A DNA stretch of 64,000 nucleotides from Tubulanus polymorphus (lineage: Eukaryota; Animalia; Nemertea). The notes below the pieces were generated by a model that was not told the origin of the DNA, made no database searches, and saw only the letters and a program-made list of their open reading frames with translations. The position numbers and the translations under genes are program-made. Location of the stretch: contig NC_134030.1 of the NCBI RefSeq assembly GCF_964204645.1, positions 14,136,110 to 14,200,109 of the forward strand, written 5' to 3'. Each line of letters opens with the position of its first letter. The first letter of the stretch is position 1. Shown in pieces: positions 39,767-53,501 of this stretch.

Positions 39767-42700
39767 TTTGGAGCATGAAGAGAAGACTGTTGCTGTAACT
39801 TGTCATATGTATGAGCCCAGTGGAAGAACTAACAATGGTCTCAATGTCACAGCTACCAGAGACGATGAGAAACCAGCAAGTAAAGAAAATGACGAGAATA
39901 TAGGTCGAGATGTGGAAAAGAAGATTGAAGATGTTAAAGATGATTCGAACAAACTGAGTATCATAGATGGGTCATTCATAAAAGTTTTAAGTAAAGATGA
40001 AATAACAGAGTTAGAGTGGCCAGTGGAAATGATACAACATACAATTGTTGAACCAAAAGTTTCGTACAGTTGTAATCCCCTCTATTTCGATTTCACACAG
40101 TTGAGTAAAAAGGAAAAACCAGTTGTAACTGAAACGATGATGACGAAAGATTCTGTCATTTTTGATGGCGACAATGATGGTGATGGATTGTACCCTGGAG
40201 AGTTGTCACCCAGTAAAAATGCAAGCATTGCATTTGTTCCACGTCAGCTGGCAACCAAGCAAAAAAAAGAAGATGAAACTCAAAGTAAAGATGAAGAGGA
40301 GGCTGATGATGAAAAGGAAATGGAAGAAGTTGATGACGGGAAATATCGACACATGAAGAAAAAGAAAAAACGAAAACATAAGCATAAATCTAAGGATGCT
40401 TCTACCGTTGTAGAGGAAGAAACATGTGAAAAATCAATTTCAAAGAAAAAACATAAACATCGAAAAAAACGGAAGAAATCTAAGCGTGCTGAAGAGAACA
40501 AGTCAACGGTACATGTCAATGAAGAAGCCTGTCATAACAAAAAGGATAATAAGATGGAAAAAGGAGAAGAAATGAAAGAAGAGGAGGTGGCGGTGAGCGA
40601 AATCGAAAAGAAAAAGAAGCATAAACATAAGAAGAAAAATAAGAAGAAAGAGAAAAAAAAAGAATTAGTTAATGTCCTATTAGAAGATGAAGCAATGGTG
40701 CCACCTGTCAGTAATAAACAAACAACAGTTGAGACTATGATGGTAAATGCACCCTCTGGTACAGACTCAGAGGAAAAGCATAAACATAAACACCGTCACA
40801 AAAAACGTAAGAAACATAAGAAAGAAAAGCAAGAGAATGAGCCTGAAAAGAAATTGGAATTTAAGCAAGATGGTATTATGATCAGTGGTGAGGGTAAAGT
40901 GAGTGGAAAACGCAAACACGAGGAAAAGTCAGGCTCTCTAAAAGGGGGCCACAAGCGCATAAAAATTGAAGATGGCCAGCGTAATAAGCAAGGCTGTGAA
41001 AGTGAAAACACCACTGCCGAAAAGCCAACAAAAATCAATGAAAAGAAAATGGTCACCACAAAAGTGAACCAGAAATTGGGTATAAAAGATACAGCTGTGT
41101 CAAAGTGGGATACAAGTGATAGTGAAGTGGAAATCCCAACCCTGTTGAAAGATGAACCTGATAGCAACAAAGAAAACAAATACAATCATAAACCACGAGA
41201 TAGTAGCAGCGATGAAGATAGTGATGATTATGAAAGCAGGCATCGGAGACGGAGCAGGTGTAATTCATATTCAAGTGAAAGTGATCACGGAGGGCGACGT
41301 AAACATGCAAGCAAGCGTCGATCATACAGTAGTGACAGCGATGATTACAAGTCTCTATCACGGTCATACACGCGATCTAGATCATCGAGCCGCTCTCGGT
41401 CACGTAGTTACCACCGACGACACCGTAGTTATAGTAGTTACACGGAAAGCGATGATTACGACCATCGTCGACGATCAGGATCGAGTAGGCGGCATCGACG
41501 GCGATCATCATCTTGCAGTCGATCGTATTCCAGTGACTACCGACGTAATCGCTCATACTCTCGAAGTAGATCACGGTATTCGAGTTACTCACGGTCACGT
41601 AGTCGCTCACGCTCATACTCGCGTTCATATTCGCGGAGTAGGTCAAGAAGTCGTAACAACCGGCGCCGATATGAAATGAAAAACAGTCCAGCGAAAGAGT
41701 TCAGTTCAGTGCTACCGAAGAAAGAACCTAAACCACATCGTGAACAGAAGAATGTGGAAGCAAAAACCTTTGAACCAAAAGAACTCGTTATGCCGTTAAA
41801 CATCAACAAAGATGAGGTCAATGAAAGAGCTCAAGAACTACTGAAGAAAATTAAAGAGAAGAAACAATCGTTGAAGGATGCGGATCATGATCCAAATGAC
41901 TCTGTACCAGTTGGACTGAAATCTGCCGGCCTTATTCCCAAAAACTGTATTTCTGGGTTGTTAGGTCCTTCTCCAGCCATGTTAGAAAAAGTTCCTGTTC
42001 TGCCAGTGATTGGAAAATTGCCAAATTCAAAAAAGCGTAAAAATTCTGATGACGATGAAAAGGATGGGAATGATAAATCATTAGTTGCAACATGCAGCCC
42101 AAATCCAGGAAATATTCCACTTCCGAATAATAATGATTCAGTTGATTTGTCTGATATTCAAATGCCGAAATCGAAACCCCCACAGAAAAAAGCAAAGAAT
42201 AGTGTTAAATCAGAGTTTGAGAATAAGGTCCCTTTATGTCGTGGACCTCGTTCAGAAATGGACTCGATACCTCTCCCACCTGCATCGCAAATGAAACCAG
42301 ATACAGATCAACGCGTTGTGCATCCAGTGACAGCAATTCATCCCCTTCCACCTCGTAATGTAGGTCCAAATCTTATGAGAGGACCTGGTCCTGCTCCTGG
42401 TCCAATGAGAGGCCCTCCTCCTGGTCTCATGAGACATCCGTGTCCTCGCGGTCTTCTTGGACCGGGTATGATGCGACCTGGTATGCCTCCTCGTGGCCCA
42501 CCAGGTCCCAGAGGACTACCGCCACATATGGGTTCACGTGTTCCAATCAACCGAGTACCAGGACTGAGAGGACCTCCACCTCCAAGTTTAGGAGCAAATA
42601 ATAGTCCATCATCAGGGTCAGCATCACCGCAACCTCAACAGGGTAACAATGCTCAGGAACAACAACCACCACATATCCCTCAGCCTCACCCTAATGCTCC

Positions 42701-43808
42701 TCTACAGATGAATAACAGACCATCTCCTCATCATCCACCTCGTGTCATATCTGCTTCAGGTCCTCGCACCACCTACATTGGCCCTCAGGTTCCCCCTGGT
42801 ATGGCGCAAAGTCTTGGCTTAGATATAAGTCAAAAATTCAAAAAACCTAACAATCTAAACAGTACCGATATGACTCACAGTGAACCTCCCCTTCCCTTGA
42901 AAGAAAGTGATAAAGAACCTCCTTTACCTCCATCGTCACCTCCAAAACCTAAAGAACCTGAAATCACACCAATGGAGCCACCTGTACTCAGCGCTGAACA
43001 GCAAGAGCGATATAAAGAATTGGCACAACAGGCCCAGCAACATGCAGCATTACAGCAACAACGTGAAGCTGGAGTTACACCGACCTCAGAAAGCGAGAAC
43101 GAAGCACCTGGCTCATCTACCACACCTGTGGCAGTTATTGCTTCACCAAGTCTCTCCTTGCCCCAGCCTGTTGTTATGTCACCACCTGTCACATTGCAAC
43201 ACATGCAACAGATACAGCATATACAACAGATCCAACACATGCAGCAGATGCATCAAATGCAACAGATGCAACAAATGGCTGCTGCAGGAATGATACCGCA
43301 ACAGATACCAGCTGGAATGATACCACAGCCAGGCTTGCCAGTCAGTATGATGTTAGCAGCAGCAGCTAATCAGCATCACCCTCAAGTTGCATTGAGTCAG
43401 GGTATCCCAATACAGGCTGGTTCTCCTCTTATTGCAGCTACTAATCCATTAGGTGTAGCGGTGTCCGCTGCTAGTGGTGGTGTACCATTACCAATACCTA
43501 TACCAGCTGGTGCATTGCACCATCCTTCGTTTGGTCATTTGCCCACACCGATACAGATTCCAGCTGGCATGACTGGTTTACCAGGGGCAGTCCATGGTGG
43601 CTTTCATCATATGCATCCACCAGGTTTATTCAGTTTACAGGCAGCGCAAGCAGCTGCAGCTGCACAACATGCAGCTGCTTCATCTGGTACGCTACCGCAT
43701 GGTGTCATACCACATCCATTACTAGCAACTGCAGGGCATCAAACTGGTGGCCCAATGATTTTGGGATCTCCCATGTTATTAGCTAGGATACCTCGTCCAC
43801 AGTTATAG
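39767..43808 (+). CDS. GPATCH8: Terminal 4-kb coding exon of a GPATCH8/ZNF804-family protein
   Basis: Family motif VLSKD...LEWP.EM...EPKVSYSCNPLYFDF, then Lys/His-rich NLS-like tracts, an RS domain, and a Pro/Gln/Ala/His-rich tail as in GPATCH8. tttatttctAG acceptor at 39766, stop TAG at 43806-43808. G-patch and C2H2 exons presumably lie upstream of the window. Confidence 0.88.
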
Positions 43809-44072
43809 GAATGCTGAACCATTACTCACCTTTATGCCATAATTTATACAAGACATTTGTCCGGATAAAATTGCTTTACTAAAATTCGTATGAGGACTCG
43901 CCCTTGGTGGACCTATGTTACAGCTTTATCCTTTTTTATTAGTACAACATTTCTTTGCTATGTTCAGTATTTTTTGGTATAATTATCAAGAAGTCTTTTT
44001 TTTCGTAAAATGATAAATATTTAAACTTTTTTTTTTCATGTCCATTTTTACTACATAAATTTTATCTTCACG

Positions 44073-44078
44073 AATAAA
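44073..44078 (+). promoter_or_regulatory. Candidate polyadenylation signal
   Basis: AATAAA ~265 nt after the stop in an AU-rich 3' UTR. Actual use is unknown. Confidence 0.3.
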
Positions 44079-45223
44079 ATGAAATGTAGGTGTTAATATC
44101 TTTTCGCCACGTATTCAAATAGTATGAATCTGGTTGTATAGTGAAATTTAAATAATACGTTTCCTTCGCTGTTCCTGCGCAACGGCTAAGTGATTTTCTT
44201 AACAATCTTAAGCTAGAAAGTTTACCAAACCCTTAAAGATCTTCAAAGTTTTTTACTCAAGAAGTCTGAAGCGATTTACATATCTTTTCATAATGGTTTT
44301 CACCAATTAATCTTTAGCAAATTTTGTTGGAAAAAATTGTATTTATGTAAAGTTAGTACATTATCATAATTATATGTATCATAATGTGGTTTTAAACGTC
44401 TGTATTTATTCACCTCTTAGATGATGTAAATATTTGTATTCATTTGCATATTTGATTGCCATGATTGTAACATTATTATTATTACTATAATTATTATATA
44501 TGTTAATGCAATGAACTTGAAATTTATTTGACGAAGTTTTGGTTAAATTGATGAAGTTTAGTTAAAATCTGATAAAAATTTGTTTCTTGTGGGATTTAAA
44601 TCAGGGGTCTCTTGGTTCATTCTGAATGCTTTTTATGGAATTATGTTTAACAGATATATTAAGTCGCCTTGTGAAAACATGTACATAGAATAAATGGTAA
44701 ACATAACTTAAGTATTCTACGTATCCGTATCTTTTTCTTAAGATCGTTAGTGGTTCACCTTTTGAGGGTTTTAGTTTGCAGTAAACCAAAAACTATCGCT
44801 GTAGGTCATATACACTAATGAAGGCTGGGCCCATCGTGAATAGCTTTGCAATTGGATATCGTTTTCCTCAGTCTTCGGGTCTTGCTAAATTACGAAATTG
44901 CGAAACATGAAGCGAAATGCGTAACGAAATAACCGAATATTGATTTTTTTTTGCAAGAAGTGCTCTACACACCCTATGAAGCTGGGATTTGAAAAAGGCC
45001 TCGTTAAAATTTATATGAGCTTTTGCGCAAAAATCTGAACGCAAAAATATCTGTTTTAAAAAACCAATGAGATAGCAACGACTCCTCCATGATCAGCAGG
45101 TGTTCACGTGAACACGCAGTAGCGACTTTTTTTGTCAAAAGTGAGTTTCAGCCATCTTGTTTGCAGTGCGCATGCTCCCCATTCTGTTTGTTAACACAAT
45201 CCACATGTGTGCTCTACACACTC

Positions 45224-46130
45224 TCAAGTTGGCGTTCGCGGCTATCAAGCTACAAAGAAAACCACATCAAATACCTGCCAACCCAGGCAACTTTTCTACG
45301 ATTCTACATGATTAAATCAATTTCTGACAACGTTTTCACATTTTTCAGCATACCGGGGACCTCCGGTGGTTAAGATATATCTTTGAACATGATGAAAAAT
45401 TTTGAAATTGATTTTTTGCCGCCGCTCTTCATTCATATTTCAACTTATTAACCTCTGGAGGATTTAGTTAAAGGAATAGTGGTTAAGCTTTGAAATGATC
45501 GCACATGCGATCGGCTCGTGCTTGAAATGGAAAATTAGTATGATTGAAGACGAAATTTGGAAAATCCAAAACCATTCGCTTCTGGGCGCAGAAATACATT
45601 GGAAAATGTGATTTGGAAATAAAAGAATTTCATGCATTAAGTATTCCTCAAAGAATGATCTCTTCTAATTCGTTAGTCTCATCAACTATATTTTCTGTGT
45701 AAGTTTCAAACATGTTGATCGAGTAAAAATTGCTACGTTCTGGTTTGATAAGCAGGTTTTAGACCGTACGTAATCCTATTAATCGGTGTATTTACAGTAG
45801 TGTATACACTTCTATTACGTACGTGGGCCTTACATTACAGTGACACAGTTCTCTGCAGATTCAAGTTGGCGTTCGCGGCTATCGAGCTACAAAGAAAACC
45901 AAATCAAATACCTGCCAACCCAGGAAACTTTTCTACGATTTTACAAAAACATCTACATGATTAAATCAATTTCTGACAACGTTTTCACATTTTTCAGCAT
46001 ACCGGGGACCTCCGGTGGTTAAGATAGATCATTGAACATGATGAAAAATTTTGAAATTGATTTTTTGCCACCGCTCTTCATTCATATTTCAACTTATTAA
46101 CTTCTGGAGGATTTTGTTAAAGAAATAGTG
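45224..46130. repeat. Local direct duplication of ~260 bp (45224-45481 and 45861-46130)
   Basis: TCAAGTTGGCGTTCGCGGCTATC...GTTAAAG.AATAGTG occurs twice. The second copy has an extra 12 bp. Confidence 0.9.
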
Positions 46131-46144
46131 TTATTTTATTTTAA

Positions 46145-48575
46145 AGGGGTCATGAAGAGGTTTTGAAAAAAAATTTAAATCTAATTTTTTTTTGTATAAA
46201 ACATTCACCGTATGCATCTATGGTAGTCTCGTGAAAAAAAATTTTAAATATCTTTATCCCTCAGAAGCGTTATTATACAATGCTCATTTTCATTGAATAT
46301 CGCGCTAATTTTACAGTCTTTCGAAATGCCTTGACTGTGAATAGCTATGAACTGTTCCCACAAAGGCAGCGACAAATTTTAATGGCCAAAACCAAAAGAT
46401 TTGGCCCTAAGATGATGGACCATAAGAGCGAAAACACCCGGCCTATGGTGTAAACTAGCTTCACACTTCAGAGAAGGATTCTCGCAAATATTACGGCACT
46501 CATAAACTTGGATACACAGAACTTATGTTTTTATTATTTTAGAGCTTTTTATCCTGCCAAGTGACGCTATTTTCGCGAATTAAATACGTAGTAAGAGATA
46601 CGCGCTTTCCACTGCATATAGTACTGGCTTTCCCCAGTGACCCACATCGCTACACAAAGTATAAAGTAAAAAAAAGTTTGAGTATGTACAACATACTGAC
46701 TGTATGTATGCAGCACACATTACTATCACACGGCCGGGATGGCGCAGGCTGGGCTGGGTTTCACGAACAAGTTTACGGTTTCAGACGGTCCAGTGGATAA
46801 AAATATCCCTACCCACAGAAATATCTGCGATGTCTATATCAGTCATCCCCTCCTCATGACTTAATGACGATGAATGCTCGCTGCTCCAGACGTAGAAATA
46901 TGCTGTACTCTATAGTCACAAATTCCTTCGTTCTAAGGCATCAGGTCTTAATTAAATGGAATAATTTTGACTGTCTATTAATAACAACTGTTGGCTTCGT
47001 AAACATCAGACGTTTGATTGGAATCTGATGTATTTGAGTCACTATTTTGAACTTTAATCGCTGTAAGTATCATCACCTGTTTCTATACACTACACCATAT
47101 TGTTTTGGTTTGGGTTCTCAGAATGACGTCACACTTCCGGGTTGGGAAGGAATCAATTTTTATAAAAACTAATTTATATATCTAAGTACTAGACGTACGA
47201 GTAAGAAAGTAAGAATTCTTGGATTCTTGGATTCTTACTCGTACGTCTAGTACATAGATATATAAATAGTTTTATCATATATATTGAAACAGAAATATTA
47301 TAAATATTTAGAAAAGTATAAATCATATTCAATTATATATTTACATTTATCATTATTAAAAGAGGATTACAATGAATCCATTAGATTGTTAAACTGTTTA
47401 AGTATTAAATTGCGTAGATTGTATACTCATAAACTAAATTATAAATTAAGAATAAGACTGTTTAATTAGCTGAAATGTATGAAATATTGTATGAAATATT
47501 AGTTAATCAAAAAAGGGGGTTGAGGTATCAATGTATTAAATACGTATCAATGTATTAAATACGTATCAAATACGTATTAATGTATTAAATACATATTATG
47601 CTTTATTTCTGAAAAGGAAGTCACAGAAGTAATTTATGTTTTATATTATTCAAATATGATATTGTAATTCTTTACATTTGACTAAGATAATACAAGAGTG
47701 ATATTAATTAGTTGGTTTATTCAATTAGAGAAACAATGAAATAATACAAGCGTGATACTAACAGTTAAAGTTATTGAATTTCTTGTTAAATCTTGTTAAA
47801 CTCTATTCAGTTTATTGTTTAACAAGAATTGACTAGAATTCAAATAGATTCAACTAGAAATTAAATAGAAACTACTAACAGTTAAAATAATTTAATTTCT
47901 TGTTGAATCTATTCACACTTTTTATGTTTAAAAATCAAGAATTTAACACATATAAATATAAATATTCACTGTTTTAAATATGAATTATTTCACTCGTTAA
48001 TTACTCGTTACTTTTATTTTTAAAAATAAGAATCTAACACAAATAAATATAAATATTCACTGTTTTAAATATGAATTATTTCACTCACACTTTACTCACA
48101 CTTTTTATGTTTAAAAATCAAGAATTTAACACATTTAAATATAAATATTCACTGTTTTGAATATGAATTATTTCACTCACACTTTACTGACACTTTTAAT
48201 GTTTAAAAATCTAACTCATACAAATATAAATATTGAAATATGTTTAAAATATATCTATCTATCTATCTATAATAGCTCGACCTTCGACCTCTGGCTTGAA
48301 AGCCACAATTTCCTATTACTTATATGAAATTCATGTAAATTATGTTCATATATATAAATATTTTAAGAGTAATAGGGATAATAGGGGTTCATATCAAAGG
48401 TTGAAAGGGCGGGATCATAAAAAATGAAAAAATGAATTCGAGTGTGCGAGAATTTATTTTTTCATTTTTTATGAGCTCGACCTTTCGACCTTTGGTATGA
48501 ACCCCTATTATCCCTATTACTATTGATGATAAATAATACTTTTAGCCATATCTCAAAAACCTCTTCATGACCCCT
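46145..48575. mobile_element. Non-autonomous Kolobok-type DNA transposon carrying a virus-derived insert
   Basis: TTAA flanks (46141-46144, 48576-48579) and TIRs AGGGGTCATGAAGAGGTTTT / AAAACCTCTTCATGACCCCT. Confidence 0.85.
47162..48521. mobile_element. Gene-less derivative of the Polinton-like element family
   Basis: The terminal hairpin 48368-48521 is homologous to 55565-55963. 48161-48252 nearly matches 60539-60630. ~85-bp tandem repeats at 47914-48235. Second hairpin at 47162-47275. Confidence 0.75.
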
Positions 48576-48766
48576 TTAAGAACTAAAATTCCATTTCAAG
48601 ATCTCCTTAGTTGATAAACTCGAATAGTTCGTGAATTATAAGATGGCAGTGAGTCGATGACGTCATTTTCGTGTCACCACTTATAACTTATTGGCGGGAG
48701 TTCAGACGACGATTTGTTGAACGAATAAATACTTTAATCTTATTAATGCAGAGTGTGAAATTTCAA

Positions 48767-49650
48767 TTTTTTCGCCAGCCGTAGGCTGAGCCTATTAATA
48801 TACAAATGGAGCGAATTAAAATGACATGGTTTCCAGAGCTGAGGCTCTTTGACTGTGCAACTGGGCATGTATTCATACAAATCATTCATTAGAGCATTAT
48901 CCATTCTCCAACCCCTATGAAGCTGAATTTTGAAATAGGGCCTCGTTAAAATTTATGAGAGCTTTTTCGCGAAAATCTGATCGCAAAAATATTTGTTTTA
49001 AAAAGCCAATCGGAAAGCAAAGACTCCTCTATGATTGGCTTAGCCGCAGAGATCAGCAGGTGTTCACGTGAACCCGTGGTATCGTCTACCGTTTTACTTC
49101 TGGGTGTCATATTAAGACCTAAAATTGTGTTTCAATATCGATTTCTGTGAAATCTTAAGTTGATTTTGTTTTTAGGAGGAATCTTTTTATTTGCACTACA
49201 GAAAATATCATTGACAATTATGCAAAGTCCGGGAAAAATAGCTTTACCTCAAATCGGATGGATGACCATGCCATGTGCTCAAACTGCAAATTCAATCAAA
49301 TCTTATTCTGCAAAAAATATCAAATCCAATTCAATTTTACTTTATTGAACAAATTTAACATAAAATCCAATTCAATTATGTTTTATTGAGCAAATTTAAA
49401 AAAAATTCAATTCTATTCCGCATTCAAATCAATAACACCAATGAAAAAGATTTATCTCGGGTATTTGTTCCTGCCAACTCCGTTAGCTGTTCGTATTTCT
49501 TATGAAAACACGATTGTAGGTATTGTGTAGATTATATTTACTCTGAGTGGGAAGTGTATTTTGTAGACAAATAATAACACACAGAATGCATCATTTGCGA
49601 TTTTATGAAAAGCTGACAGGCTGGCCATAGTGTCCCTTGGGGCTCTTGTT
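48767..49650 (+). mobile_element. HINE-like family B, complete copy
   Basis: TTTTTTCGCCAGCCGTAGGCTG 5' end, 3' GGCTGGC plus stem-loop plus CTTGTT, homologues at 8270-9014, 39085-39493 and ~44960-45130. Confidence 0.7.
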
Positions 49651-50720
49651 GAAATATACTGGTCAATTTACGATCTACGTTTTCATTCCAATGACATACA
49701 GCTATATTAGACCGCATTAGGTATTGTTCCTCAGATAATGAAATCCGTTTATACTGAAAAATGTTCATTATGTTGTTGAAGCTTTCAACGGATAGTCTCT
49801 GCCGAATACAAGGTATTCAGGATGTTATAATATACATGAAAGTATTTTGCAAACAGATTTTAACAAATTCTCAACTTCCGGTGTTGTTATCACAATTCCC
49901 GAAGGCTAAAGGTTTATATCGTTTCTACAACGAGAGCTTTTACTTCATCTATCATGTACATTTTGGTAATGACATATAATGTTGTTAAACATAAATCAGA
50001 GTTTTTCAGTATTTTGGTCGCAGTTTTGAATGGCCCCATTGTAAATTGTTCTCTGATGTGTTTGGCCTATCGTGTAACTCCTCGTGCCATGTTTTGCCAT
50101 TATTTTTTAGCTCAAGCTGCCACATTTTCTAACTTCTTCATAATATTCTTTATTTCATGCCATTTTGGTTTATCACGCCCTGATCTCTAATGAATTTGTT
50201 CACTGCTGCACTATCATGACAGTGAACACTGATTTGTAGTCCTCACTCGATTCCGTATTTTGAATGTAATTATGAATTTGTTCTGTCCCGATCCGCTCAT
50301 GCTGTTAAGAAACTAGATCATCTAATTTCGTCACATATTCATAAATTACTATATAAAACCATAAATTATTAAATAAAACTGCATATTGTGCCCGATTCCA
50401 ATGACACTACAATCTTTGGCACTTTTCCTCCACCCATGCCTGGTATCTGACATATATCGATAGGAGTTGGATTTCATACGAGGCGATTTCTTCGAACAAC
50501 TCAAAACATGTAGATTTATCCTATTCTGCCTCGACACAGGACTCATATGATGACTGCAGTCTCGTGAAATGATTCACTGATATCGAGCCCATACCGATTC
50601 CATTCACCAAATGACTATAGACAGCAAATATAAGTCTGCAAAATATCCATGTGCAACAAGGGCATTTACCAGAAATTCCCCATTTGGTAAGTAAGGTGAT
50701 GACCATGTTGTATGGATGCC

Positions 50721-51330
50721 TTTTTTAGCCCGCTTGGGACTTAAGTTCACTTTCCGTCCGTCCATCCGTCCGTTGTCCGTCCATCCGTATCCAGTTATTT
50801 TGAGAAGTTCTGAAGACGCTTCAATCTAATGTCTTGATATTTGGGTTACACGTGTATCTGCTCCAGACACATCTTCAGCCCAAAAACTGGCTCTGTCAGA
50901 ATCAAGATGGCCGAATGGCAGCCATTGTTGTTACCCAAAATAAGCACTTTTTACACATTTTTATTGAGTTATTGAGGGAAATTTTGAAGACGCTTTGATC
51001 AATTACCTTGATCTACCTATATATTTGAATCCCCCAATGGCCCATCAGCTTAAGAAAAATTGGGTTGATCGGACTCAAGATGGCCGTCCCATGACCTTTT
51101 TAGTGCCAAAAAATGTCAATTTTAGGCAGAATTCCTGGCCCTGTAGCTTCCTACTGGTTTGTCATTTCTCATTACAAAGTGTGATGGGTATTCATTTGAA
51201 AAGGATATTTATACCTGAGACAGGTATTTTGATTAGCCAACCATGACGCCATCGGCGGCCATCTTGGTGTCATCAGTACTCATTCGTAGGTGGAAAGTTT
51301 TTTCCACATTATATTGATACCTAATCATAT
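50721..51330 (+). mobile_element. 5' part of a HINE family A copy
   Basis: Colinear with 10165-10795, interrupted at 51331. Confidence 0.85.
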
Positions 51331-51331
51331 T

Positions 51332-51634
51332 ACCCCTGTGAAGCTGGCTCCCGGTTCCCGGTTCCTTATTCGGCTCCCGATTCAAAAACATTTTGAATCG
51401 GGAACCGGGAACCGGGAGCCAGCTACTGGTTCGGCTACCGATTCAAAATGCTTTTGAATCGGGAACCGGGAGCCGGCTACTGGTTCGGCTACCGATTCAG
51501 GTTTTGAATCGGGAACCGGAAACCGGTAGCCGGCTACTGGTTCGGCCACGATTCAGGTTTTGAATCGGGAGCCGAACCGGGAACTGGGAGCCGGCTACTG
51601 GTTCGGCTCCCGATTCAAAATGTGAAGCTGGCTA
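51332..51634. repeat. Tandem array of palindromic ~50-60 bp units
   Basis: Repeats of GGCTACTGGTTCGGCTCCCGATTC....TTTGAATCGGGAACCGG..AGCC, bounded by TGTGAAGCTGGCT direct repeats. Confidence 0.85.

Positions 51635-53501
<1,867 letters not shown>

Noticed and set aside
40162-43293. Many antisense and alternate-frame ORFs
   Set aside because: Shadows of the low-complexity GPATCH8-like exon
45089-46022. Paired ORFs ending FFSIPGTSGG
   Set aside because: Product of the non-coding 260-bp duplication, with no protein motif
51332-51634. CRISPR-like appearance
   Set aside because: No unique spacers, no cas genes, eukaryotic context
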